Below are positions 38,441 through 50,995 of a stretch of DNA of 64,000 bases, one piece after another (position 1 is the first letter of the stretch; every line of letters begins with the position of its first letter). Both the position numbers and the translations under genes were made by a program. Below the pieces are notes generated by a model, which worked only from the letters and a program-made list of their open reading frames with translations, was not told the origin of the DNA and did no database searches. Source of the stretch: the human T2T-CHM13v2.0 reference genome, Homo sapiens; NCBI RefSeq assembly GCF_009914755.1, contig NC_060932.1; one strand, 5' to 3'.

Positions 38441-39113
38441 AAAAGTCAGGAAACAACAGGTGCTGGAGAGGATGTGGAGAAATAGGAACACTTTTACACT
38501 GTTGGTGGGACTGTAAACTAGTTCAACCATTGTGGAAGTCAGTGTGGCGATTCCTCAGGGTTCTAGAACTAGAAATACCATTTGACCCAGCCATCCCATT
38601 ACTGGGTATATACCCAAAGGACTGTAAATCATGCTGCTATAAAGACACATGCACACGTATGTTTATCGCGGCATTATTCACAATAGCAAAGACTTGGAAC
38701 CAACCCAAATGTCCAACAATGATAGACTGGATTAAGAAAATGTGGCACATATACACCATGGAATACTATGCAGCCATAAAAATGATGAGTTCATGTCCTT
38801 TGTAGGGACATGGATGAAATTGGAAATCATCATTCTCAGTTAACTATTGCAAGAACAAAAAACCAAACACCGCATATTCTCACTCATAGGTGGGAATTGA
38901 ACAATGAGAACACATGGACACAGGAAGGGGAACATCACACTCTGGGGACTGTTGTGGGGTGGGGGGAGGGGGGAGGGATAGCATTGGGAGATATACCTAA
39001 GGCTAGATGACGAGTTAGTGGGTGCAGCGCACCAGCATGGCACATGTATACATATGTAACTAACCTGCACATTGTGCACATGTACCCTAAAACTTAAAGT
39101 ATAAATAAAAAAA
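38441..39113 (+). mobile_element. Young 5'-truncated L1 (L1PA2/3-like)
   Basis: ORF2 C-terminus plus 3' UTR (gacgagttagtgggtgcagcgcaccagc). Perfect 17-bp TSD gaaaataagacattatt at 38424-38440 and 39114-39130. Confidence 0.95.
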
Positions 39114-40555
39114 GAAAATAAGACATTATTGCTTGAAATATGATTGTTAACAATTTTTAATAAAGTATTTTATGAAAAATATTTATTAAATAAAAAATAT
39201 TTTAATAAAAACTTATGGAGATGCTATGGAAGTGATACCGAAATGCAGAAGATTTTTCCAGCATAATTGAAATGTAAAATGACATACCAATTATTTTTTC
39301 TATTGCTAATATCAGACTATTTTCTTATGACAGGAGGTTCAAAATTATCACTTGATTTTCCGATCTAAAGCCTATGAAATTTTTCACATCCGTAGAATAA
39401 ATTGCCGATCATCACAAGGACATGGAAAGGTGTTATGATCATGTATTCCACGAGGGAAAACTAAATCTTTCTATCGTTTAATATTTTATTTGAAATATCA
39501 AACAACTTATTAAGGAGAAATTTCTAACATATAATTTTAAAAATTGATGTTCAACTTTGGATAAAATTTCTGGTCTTGACTTATGTTCCAAAACATTATC
39601 ATGTAGGCAAAAAGTTTATATGAGATCCTAGTTCAAATTTTATTTTATGCCTATTATATAGAGTTATTAGAAATATTTTACCCACAAATGGTTAAATGAA
39701 AATTGTGAATAAAAAATTAGCAGAAGACAACTTTGGAGAAAAGAGAGGGGAAGAGAATTAGAAAAGAATACTTTTATAAATAACTGAAAGACAAAGGACT
39801 CTTAGAATATCTGGTTTTTCAGATTTATAATAGGATACTATGTTAAGCATCATCTATGCTTGGAGGGTAATCCTTTATTCATTTAGTCCATGCCAGACTG
39901 AAACACTGGACTATTGTAGATACCTAGCTAGACACCTAGACCCTTACGATAGAATCAGTTAGTCAGCCATGAAGTTTTTCTGGCAACAAATTAAGAGTTG
40001 AGCACTTTCATGTTGTCAGGGCATTGGGCAAAACCAAAATTTGGAAGAAAAAAAAAAATGGTGAGAATCAGTTCTTGGTTGACAAATTAGGCTGGAGTCT
40101 AGAATATCTAAAGTTAATAGAACAAATAAAAAACAATGACAATGCAGAAGGAATTAAGTCTAGACAGAGGTATTTGTAATGTCAAATAAATCTGAGAGGT
40201 ATAGTTACCCTGGAGGCTTGTGTAGGATAGATATAACAAAGATAATGGTATTAATGTGCATATTGGGTACATTATTATAAGAGAGTTTATTTCTACACCT
40301 TTCTTTTGTTGAAATAATATAATCAACTGAAATGTCTGACCTTCTAATTGTTTTAAATTAAAAAGGAGTAATTCATGTGTTCTGGTGTGGAACCCACCTA
40401 AGGTCATCTCAAAGGAATATTGGTTCATTGCAATGCAAGATCTACTTTGAATTTGTTACAGTTTTTAAGAGACTTGTTGCATTATAAACCATGTCTTTGA
40501 ATAATGATATATTTTAATCATTTAATTTTTTTTATTTATTTACAAGATATTGTCT

Positions 40556-40887
40556 GGCTGGGTGTGGTGGCTTATGCCTATAATGCAGCTTATTGGCTGG
40601 GTGTAGTGGTCCACACCTGTAATCCAGTGTTTTGAGAGGCCAAGACAGGAGGATCACTTGAGGCCAGGAGGTCAAGACCAGCCTGGCCAACAGAGAGAGA
40701 CCTCATCTCTACAAAAGATAAAAATAAAAAATTAACCAAGCATTCAGTGCACTCCAGTAATCCTAACTACTTGGGAGGCTGAGGCAAGAGGATCGCTTGA
40801 GCCCAGGAGTTTGAGGCTATGATTACACCACTACGCTCCAGCATAGGTGATGAAGCGAGACCCTGTCTCTAAAATAATTTTTAAAAG
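40556..40887 (+). mobile_element. AluJ-like with duplicated 5' head
   Basis: Two Alu starts (40556, 40595). Probable TSD aagatattgtct / aagacattgtcc at 40544-40555 and 40888-40899. Confidence 0.85.
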
Positions 40888-41856
40888 AAGACATTGTCCA
40901 CAAATACTTGTGCATTTTGTAATTTATGTCCAAGAATACATACACATATAGTTTGAACATATTAAGAACCATTTACATAGGATCACTAGGCAAATAATTT
41001 CTTATATATGCAGTATTTACTTTCATATTCACCCGCTCTATTCCCTTGCAATACCACCAATGATAAAGTGCTAAAATTACAGCATTTGGCATGTCATACA
41101 ATAAATGTGAGGCCTTTGCAAACATTTAAATACTTGAATATGAATTTGAAATTCTTTATGTGATTTTTACTAACAGGCATAACTAAATAATAAACTTTAT
41201 TGGATATGTTGCATTGTTTTTCCTTCTTTATACATGCCATCTCGTTTAAACATTTAAACATTTTTCTTAAGTCAATTGAAGAAATATAGCAATCCTGAAA
41301 GGAAAGAAGGAATATTCCTTCACAGTGAAAAAAAAAAAAAGTAGACCAACCCACAGATAATTTCCGCTGGTTCTAATGGCTCTTCCCCAGGTCTTTTGGT
41401 CAATATGAAGTTCTGTTTGACAGTAGTCTTCAGTGTAGCCCTGCCAGAGAAAGCTAGCCTAGGCATGCACCAGCCAAATACTCCTCCACGTCCTCACACG
41501 CTGAGTAAATCTTTACTTACTGGCAGCCTTGCTCACTGGTTGGAGCACTCAACTGGAAAGGAGAAACAGATATAGATGTGAAAACCTGGGCTAGGATAAA
41601 AGTAGAGAAATGGAAAAGTTCAGAAAAAAAAAAAACATGGGGAAAGGATTTGAGAGTTTTTTTCCTTAAAAATAAAAAGTAGGAATTTTTAGAATGATGA
41701 ATGAAGGTGAGAAGTGTTCATACATATTTTACAGCTACTCATCTGTTGCCTCTATGGATTTTGAAAACAATGCAATATAACTAAAAAAGTGTTTAGATAA
41801 AAGTGTCCACAATATTGACTTATAATTTCTTTACATTTAAAAGAAACAGAATTCTT

Positions 41857-42631
41857 TTTTTTTATTATCATACTTTAAGTTTTAGGGTACATGTGCACAA
41901 TGTGCAGGTTAGTTACATATGTATACATGTGCCATGCTGGTGTGCTGCACCCATTAACTCGTCATTTAGCATTAGGTATATCTCCTAATGCTATGCCTCC
42001 CCCCTCCCCCCACCCCACAACAGTCCCCAGAGTGTGATGTTCCCCTTCCTGTGTCCATGTGTTCTCACTGTTCAATTCCCACCTACGAGTGAGAATCTGC
42101 GGTGTTTGGTTTTTTGTTCTTGCAATAGTTTACTGAGAATGATGATTTCCAATTTCATCCATGTCCCTACAAAGGACATGAACTCATTATTTTTTATGGC
42201 TGCATAGTATTCGATGGTGTATATGTGCCACATTTTCTTAATCCAGTCTATCATTGTTGGACATTTGGGTTGGTTCCAAGTCTTTGCTATTGTGAATAGT
42301 GCCACAATAAACATACGTGTGCATGTGTCTTTATAGCAGCATGATTTATAGTCCTTTGGGTATACACCCAGTAACGGGATGGCTGGGTCAAATGGTATTT
42401 CTAGTTCTAGATCCCTGAGGAATCGCCACACTGACTTCCACAATGGTTGAACTAGTTTACAGTCCCACCAACAGTGTAAAAGTGTTCCTATTTCTCCACA
42501 TCCTCTCCAGCACCTGTTGTTTCCTGACTTTTTAATGATTGATTGCCATTCTAACTGGTGTGAGATGGTATCTCATTGTGGTTTTCATTTGCGTTTTTCT
42601 GATGGCCAGTGATGGTGAGCATTTTTTCATG
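41857..42631 (-). mobile_element. Young 5'-truncated L1 (L1PA3/4-like)
   Basis: Poly-T then antisense 3' UTR and ORF2 end. 16-bp TSD aagaaaca(g/c)aattctt at 41841-41856 and 42632-42647. Confidence 0.95.
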
Positions 42632-43679
42632 AAGAAACACAATTCTTAATGCAAAAGCAAGATAAACATTTACTTCTAGAGAAAAATGTCGCCATGAAAG
42701 ACAAGGAAGTGCTGTTTTTGTTCTCATTAGTTTGCAGCTAGATCTTAGCAGATAAGTTCAAGTTCTTCTGAGTCTTCCTCAGATGACCACAGATAAATCT
42801 ATACTGGCCATGATTTCCTTTTATACCTATATGAGAATTAAATTTCTTATTTAACCTTGCTAAAAAGTGTCACACGGAGACGTGATAGTTCAAGAAATGT
42901 TGAAGAATATTTTTTTTCTGTCTTTGAAACCCTGATAGGCATAGAAGAAATGAAAGAAAACCTATGCATTAATTTTAAAAAACAAGGATTTAAATTAGCT
43001 TGTATTGAGAATATTTAATTATAGGATAATAACCTAAATAAAGCACAATTGAATTCTAAAAAACAATATGACCATAGCATGAATGTTCTAATAATAAATA
43101 AAATTTATTGAGTATTATGTTCTACATGCATATAAATTATTCTATTCTTTACATGATAAGATAGATGAAAGCTAAATAATTTTATTTTTTGAAAGAGAGA
43201 ATTGAGGATCAAGATCAAATAATTAATTCCTTTCAAGAAACATATACTTTCAGGTGCGCCACTGAAAATAACTACAAGCAAAATATTTAAGATAATGTCA
43301 TCATATTTACTATCCTGCAGTCATTTTTAAGCAAGCCCCTTCTATAGATAGAATGTATATAGGTAATTGAATTTGTGTAAGGATAGAGCAATGAGCCACT
43401 GTCTTGCAGTATTGACAGATGGCTAGACATTTACGAATGGAGAACAAATAAAAAACTCACTGATAACAACCTTTCACCCAGATTTTTCTATAAAGATGTT
43501 AAATAGGAGAGAATAGATTATACATTTTCACAAGTATCAATTGTTCAAATAAAGGTTTATATATTTAGAATAGCTGAATGTGTCATGTGAAAAATTAGCA
43601 AGATGATACATAACAGGAAGAAATTAGGATTAATAGAAAAATAAAAAAATTAAAAGGATGTCCATGATGCAGGTGAGTG

Positions 43680-44300
43680 CAACCCACTTTAAATGTAAAT
43701 TCACAAATATATTAAAAGTAAAAGAATGGAAAATGATATGTTACATAAACACTAATTAAAAGATAGCTAAAATGGTTACATTAATATCAGACAAAGTAAG
43801 CCTTTGAACAAGGGATATCAGTATTCATATGGGATAGAAAAGACATTTCATGCTGATAAAGGGTAAATTCATGGAGATAATATAGAAATCTTAATTATGC
43901 ATTCACCTAATAACAGAGTTCAAAATATATGAAACAAAAACTGATCTAATGGTAAAGAAAAAAACATACATTCAAAATTATATTTGGTAAAAAAAAAATG
44001 CAATCTTTTTCCTATAGTGAGGAGCGAGGCAATGATATCTGCTCTCACCACATCCATTAAGCATTACACTGTAGCTTCCAGAATAAAATAAGGAAAGAAA
44101 AGGGTATAGAAGGGATTATATTTGGAGAGAAAAAGTAAAACCATCTTTATTCACAGCAGTCAACTTCTACGTAAACAACAACAACAACAAAAAAACTCTG
44201 CAAAAAGCTAATGCAGAAGATGAGCATACTAACCTCCTGCACACTGAAAGCTACACAAAATATTGCTGACGGAAATGAATGACATAAGTACATAGAGAGA
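43680..44300 (+). mobile_element. Old L1M ORF2 fragments
   Basis: cactttaaatgtaaat, attaatatcagacaaagta, cacctaataacagagttcaaaatatatgaaacaaaaactga are endonuclease-region motifs. Confidence 0.65.
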
Positions 44301-44309
44301 TGCTCCCAT

Positions 44310-44572
44310 CCTCCACATCATCGTGGTATTCATTCTGGGGCCCAGGCTGACAGGTCAGTATATGGAACATAGCTGCTGATTTTGCTTGAGGGAAAAGAAA
44401 ATGTAGGGACATAACTGACTTTTTGCACTTCTAGCTACAAGTGACTAGTGTTTCTTCTATCATATTTCATTAGCCAAGGTCATTGGCCAAGTTTATTTTC
44501 AAGGAGGGAAGGAAATATAATCTTTCCCCAAGAAGGGTACCAGGTATTGTTGAACAATAATAGTCTACCTCA
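44310..44572 (-). mobile_element. MLT1 (ERVL-MaLR) LTR fragment
   Basis: catatttcattagccaaggtcattggccaag...ggaaatataatc...aataatagtctacctca. Confidence 0.55.
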
Positions 44573-44979
44573 TTATTCAAGTTATTGATTAAAATAAAAA
44601 CAGGAAATTGCTCTGGGATTTAAGGGTTGGACTTTTGGCATTGTAAACTGTAAACTATGTTTTTATTTTGGAGGAAATAATCCTTTAGGTTGACTTTCAA
44701 TGCAGTATGGCCAAGCAAGTTTCTTTTCCTAATTAAAATGCAGAGGTCATTTCACGAATGAGGACAAATTCCCAAGGAGTTTCCTTATTTTTTTCCCATA
44801 GATCACAAGACTTTCAGTCAACTTTTCATTCCTTACTTGAGTTATTTCTACCTTTCCAGTTATATAGGAGTTCTCTAAAAATCCCTATGCTATGAAATAA
44901 TTTCTCTTGGTTCTTTGATTACTTCCTGTCTCCAAATATGCACATATTTATTTTTACTTTAGAGTTTTATTGCTATTTA

Positions 44980-45090
44980 TCATAGAATATTAGTTTCATG
45001 AGGGCAGAGAACTTTGTCATTTGTTTGCTACTGTATCCCCAATACATAGAAGGTACTATGTGTTCAATAATATTTGTTGAATGAATAAAA
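44980..45090 (+). mobile_element. L2 3' end
   Basis: catgagggcagagaactttgtc...ctgtatcccca...tatttgttgaatgaataaa. Confidence 0.75.
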
Positions 45091-45224
45091 AGGTCTGAGT
45101 GAATAATGGCAATGTGTTTAAATGATAATCTTACTGTACGGCTGTTGAAATTTTACCATATTTTATTATATTTTGTAGAAAAATCTTTTTTTTTTCCTAT
45201 AAGAAGGTACTAAGAAATTCTACA

Positions 45225-45520
45225 CAACTGTCACAGGTTGAGGAGACTAATGAGACATCGTAACAGAATGTCATATCCTGGATTAGATCCTAGAACAGAA
45301 AATGGACATTGGTGAAAAAATTTGGGAAATGCAAATGAAGTCTAGAGTTCAGTTAATAGTAGTTTGTCAATGTTAATTTCTTAGTTTTTATTATTACACT
45401 GCAGTTATGTTAGACATTAGCATTAGAGGAAGCTGGGTACAGAGTACACAGGAACTTCTCTGTCTTATTTTTGCAACTGTGCTGTAAATCTAAAGATTAT
45501 TTTAAAATAAAAATCTAAAG
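45225..45520 (+). mobile_element. L1MC/L1ME 3' end
   Basis: atcctggattagatcctagaacagaaaatggacattggtgaaaaa...gcattagaggaagctgggta...ttttgcaact. Confidence 0.65.
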
Positions 45521-45989
45521 ACATTTCATGACCATTAAAAATTTTGGTACAAGTTGGTGATATTTATGTTTTTAATATATAATTTGTAATGCCATAAGAG
45601 TATTGTTAGGCTTTTGAATATCTTCACTTATAAAAAGACAAATATTTCAGGATGAAATTTTATGATTTTTCAATTCCTTTAAATAATCCCACAAAAAGGG
45701 TGAATGTATAGGTGAAAAAAGATTGGCAAAATATTGAAAATTGTGAAAGTTGGTAGGTTGATACTGGGCAGGGGGAGTCATTGATTTATTCACTTTAAAT
45801 ATGAGCTTTTCATAATAAAACTTTAAAAAGTAATTTAAAAATACATACTGTTTATCTTTGTCTTCTGATAGCCTATGTTTCATGTATACTCTGCCAAATG
45901 ATACCATTAAACCTATCCAATAGTCCTGATTATCTTAAAGAACCTCAATTTTTAGGAGCCAGAATGCTCAACAAAAACAGGACTATCCC

Positions 45990-46440
45990 TACTCCCTAGG
46001 GGATAAAGCATAGCTAGCTGACCTAATCATGGTCACCATATTCATTCCACCACAGATTTTATAGGGTTAGGAAGGCAATTCAGTTATGAACAAAGACATT
46101 TAAAGAGGCATCTGCTTGGGGACAGGCTGGTTCTGGCAAGAATTTTGCTCCATAAATGAAAAAAAAAAGATAGAAGAATAGATACCCTTTTACCTTAGAC
46201 AAAGTTGTGTGAGGATACAATGGTTTGGAGCTGTGATTTTCATTATGTGACTAGCAAGTGACAAGTATTTATTTTAATGAAGCTAATATGTTAAGGATGG
46301 CAAAATGGAAAAAAAAAAGTAGGAATGCAGGAGTTCAATAATTTTGTTGAGTTATAGAATCATAACTCAACTTCCTATCTCCAAAGTTTTAAAAGTCTTT
46401 ATTTCATATGCCAACATTATTCAAGTCTTCTATAATATTT
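45990..46440 (+). mobile_element. MLT1J-like LTR
   Basis: gaggcatctgcttgggg...ttggagctgtg...aagctaatatgttaaggatggcaaaatggaa. Confidence 0.5.
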
Positions 46441-47692
46441 CCTGCAATCAAAACCACTTACAACTGGTACAATTACACAAACATCACTGATGATGGTTTT
46501 ATGATCACCTCTGAATTTTCTTTCAGTTCTGTAAAATCTAATTTTTCTGGGCCCACACACTTGAAATGATTTGAAATGGCTAAGTCCTCTTAGCACCTTT
46601 TCACTGATCTTGGGTTCCAATTTCCTCTTAATCATTTTTTCTATCTACTTAGATAGATAAGTTGAAAGAAAGTAGTGTTTAAACTTCTTGAACTAGTAGG
46701 CATTTCCTCTTCTTGTTTCTCTTATCTCTTTAAATGTGATTTAAAAGCTCTCTTTTGCATAGGGAATTTTAAGAACTCATCTTTTTCTGTTTCTGTGCTC
46801 AATTTTGTCCACAATATTCTTATTTATTTGTGATTTCTTTTTCAGATTATCATTGTTTAAAGATTCTTCTTTCTATCTTTTGAATACATTGAACCACATT
46901 ATTTTTTCATTCTTATTGTCTGGCTTTCTCAATTATCAACCTCCAAAAACATTTTTATAAGAAAATTTAATTTCTATAACAAAATTCCAAAAGCAAAACC
47001 AAGCAATTATTCAAATACGAATTTATAGATTGTGGGCTTCCCCAAAGGCTCTCTTTTAAAAAGTGGGGGTTGTGGGGAGAACTTTGGCAAGAAAGCCCCA
47101 TGCAAAGCAAATCTTTCTTCCTGGAAAACTGTGGGCATTAGCAATTTCTGATGTTTTCATTAGTTAAAAGAAAATACCAAAGTCATCCTTCTGTGGTTTT
47201 GTCTTTTTAACTTGAATCCGAATTTCCATTTTTCTAGGCAACAGTTTCTTGCTCCTGAGTACTTTACACTGGCAAGAATGCTAGGCCTCTGAAGAAAATC
47301 TTGAATGAAATTGGTCAGGTATTAGATAACTAATCCTGTTACTGAACTGACTCATGAGTAACCTTTTTAACTATGTACCTGATCCTTTCATAGCTGTGTT
47401 ATCCACAATGCCAAATGGTCTTACTGAGTCATAAAGCTGATCTGTCACTTTCTTGCTTAAGTCTATGTCTCTCTATTGCCTATGGGATGGATCAAGCTCC
47501 CTCTTAACCCACAGAAAGCTTTTCATTTCCATGAAATTGATTCTCCTCCTCAATCAGCCTCATCACTTGCTACTCTGTTCTTGGAATTTACAGTCCAACA
47601 ACACTGAAGGACCTACAGATCCCTACAGTTTGCATGATGCTTTTTACCTCTGTATCTCTGCCTGTTGCTTTAAAAATTTTCTTCCACTGGAA

Positions 47693-48032
<340 letters not shown>

Positions 48033-49414
48033 CTACTAATCAAAGTAACCCACGTAAAACTACATGAGATTTGAATAAACTTGGCTCAAGCTCACAGACC
48101 TATATTCTGTTTTGGCATGTGTAATGTGGAGGGGAGGGGGCAGTGTTTTAGTGCTTTCGCTTAGATTACTGTGCATTCCTTGGGTCTTATTTTTTTTATG
48201 GTGACACTTGATCCCAGTATCTGGTTCTAGTGAATAATAAGTCTCTCTTCCCAAGACTACTCTCGTCTCTTTGTGCCATACCAATACAGACATAGAATAA
48301 AATCACTTTACTTGAGTTTTCCAAAACCCAACCATTTGTGTAGCAGACCTTATTTTAGTCTAGGTTAATTTTAAAAAAGCATTTAACGTGAAACAACAGA
48401 AATCATTAAAAAGTGATCTTAAGTTCCTATTATTTAATAGTCTTTTAGGTACCCCATCACTTGAACTCCTCAATATGTATCTTTTTCTCCATGGACTTCA
48501 GTACTAGCCATTTTGCTTTACACTCTTTCCACATAATTCTTGATCAAAAAATGACTTTTCATCAGTCAACTTAGTTGAACAAAATGAACTTGAAGGTTTT
48601 AAAGTTTAGACCCATTTTTATTCTTTCTCTGAAAAATCTCTGTATATGAAAGTCCAGAGGTATACATTCCATTTGCTATGAATTAGCCAGGCCTCATAAA
48701 ATTGTGGAGGGGAAACAGTCGATTTAGGATTCAGAATAATCTCCTCTCTCCACACCCTTAGACATACCTTCTCTCTAAACACACACCTTCTGAAATATCT
48801 CTGAGCAAGATGGTAAACTTCTTGAAGGCAGGGCATTCTGTGTGTTTTGTTCACTGTATTTCAACTGTTTGAATATTGTCTGATGTGTAGTGGCACTCAA
48901 TACATTTTTTAAGTTAAATTTAATTTAAACTAGTTGCTGCCTCTTCCTAAAAGTGTTCCTTCTTAAGGTTATTCAAAAACTTGCTGTATAATATCTGTTC
49001 AATTGTATGACTGAATACAAGAACACCTTTTATTTATATGCTACTTCAGAGTTCTAAAAGAATTCTGATGTAAATTAGTTTTAATTAAGTCATCATATGT
49101 ACCCTTTGGGGCAGATAGAATAGGTAATATTATTTTAGTTTGCAAGTAAGGACACTGAGATGCAAAGATGCTACTGCTTTTCTAAGATTAGTAAGTTTGG
49201 GCACAAAACTTAAATCCACATCTTTGTCCTATATTTTTTCTAATAACAAAGCATATAAACAAATACAATTTTTGTTAAATAGAAATGTCTGATTTCTGTT
49301 TCTAAATTGATCTGATAGATGAGGAAATTATCAATAGAGCTGTTTTATAAAAGCACACATCAAAGCATAAATACTCTTTTCAATTAATATTTAAAACTAA
49401 ATTTTCTAAAGTAA

Positions 49415-49803
49415 GTTTTAAAATTTGTGTTCGAAGACATGTAACATAAAATTAACCATTTAAAAGTGAACAGTTTAGTGACACTTAGTACATTCACAGT
49501 GTTGTGAAACCACCGCCTGTATCCAGTTCCAAAACATTTTCATTACTCCAAAATAAAATCCTGAATACATTAAACCGGTTCTCCATATTAGCCTTTACCC
49601 TCAGTTCTCCCCTCAGGCAAGCACCAATCCGCTTTTGTCTCTAGGAATTCACTTATTCTAGATAGTTCATGTAAATTGAATCGTACAACATATGATCTTT
49701 TATGTCTGTTTCTTTCACTCAGCACAGCCTTTTCAAGGTTCATCCGCACTGTAGCCTGTAGCATGTATCAGCATTTCATTCCTTTTTGTGGCTAAATAAA
49801 TTC

Positions 49804-49846
<43 letters not shown>

Positions 49847-50480
49847 CATACTTAGGCTATTTCTGTCTTTTTGCTATTTTAATAGTCCTGCTATGAACAT
49901 GCGTGTACACTTAGGCATTTCTGTCTTTTTGCTGTTTTAATAGTCCTGCTATGAACATGCGTGTACAAGTATTTGTTTGAGTACCTGTTTTCAATTCTTT
50001 AAGGTATATGCCTAACAATGAAATTTATGGATTATGTGGCAATTCTGTATCTAATTTTCTGAGGAACTGATAAAATATTTTCCACAGAAGCTGTGCCATT
50101 TTATATTTCCTCCAGCAATGCCCAGCGGTTCCAATTTATCACATTTTTGCCAATCATGCAATGTTTTTGTTTTTCTGAATGTAATCATCTTATTGAATGC
50201 GAAGGGGTTTTTATTTACATTTCCCGAATGACCAATGGTGCTGAGTAACTTTTCCTGTGCTCATTGGCCATTCATATATATTCTTTGGGAAAATGTCTAT
50301 TCAAGTATTTTGCTCATATTTTAATTGGATTATTTGTCTTTTGGTTGTTGAATTGTAGTAGTTCTCTATGTATTCTGGGTGCTAGACTCTTATCAGATAT
50401 ATGATTTGCCAATACTTTATCCCATTCTATTCTGTTTTTTTTCACTGTCTTGAAAACATTAATTTTAATTAAGTCTAGTT
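49415..50480 (-). mobile_element. L1MB-type 3' end containing (TG)n and a tandem duplication
   Basis: aacataaaattaaccatttaaaagtg...cattcacagtgttgtgaaaccacc...ggaactga...ttccacag...gactcttatcagatatatgatttgcc. Confidence 0.8.
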
Positions 50481-50726
50481 TTTTGCAAGCTTCAATTTTG
50501 GGAAGGAGAAAGATTTGTGAATTATAGTTTGGAAGAGCAATTAGCTGACTTCGTTGAATTATACAGAACCTTGCTGAGATGGCAATAAAAGTCTCTTTAA
50601 AGTTTCTTATTAATTTCTAACTTTTAAGTTACTGCTAAAGAAAAGAAAATGATTTTGAAATATTAACATTATTCTGTTTCAACATTACATTAGTAGAAAT
50701 CTTTAGCTTTAAAAAAAAATCCAAGG

Positions 50727-50995
50727 CTTGTAATCCCAGAACTTTGGAGGCTGAGGCTGGTGGACCCTTTGAGCCCAGGAGTTCGAGACCAGCCGGGGCA
50801 ACATGGTGAAACCCCATCTCCTCCAAAAAAAAGAAAAAAAATTAGCTAGGTGTGGTGGTGCGTGCCTATAGTCCCAGCTACTCTGGAGGTTGAGGTGGGA
50901 GGCTGCAAGGAGCCAAGATAGTGCCACTGTACTCCAGCCTAGGCAGCAGAATGAGACCCTCTCTCAAAAAACAAACAAGCAACAACAACAAAAAA
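50727..50995 (+). mobile_element. AluJ-like, 5'-truncated
   Basis: tgtaatcccag...ttgagcccaggagttcgagaccagcc...ccactgtactccagcctaggc, followed by a (CAA)n tail. Confidence 0.88.

Noticed and set aside
38956-38977. G-quadruplex motif
   Set aside because: Standard G-rich tract of the L1 3' UTR, not specific to this locus.
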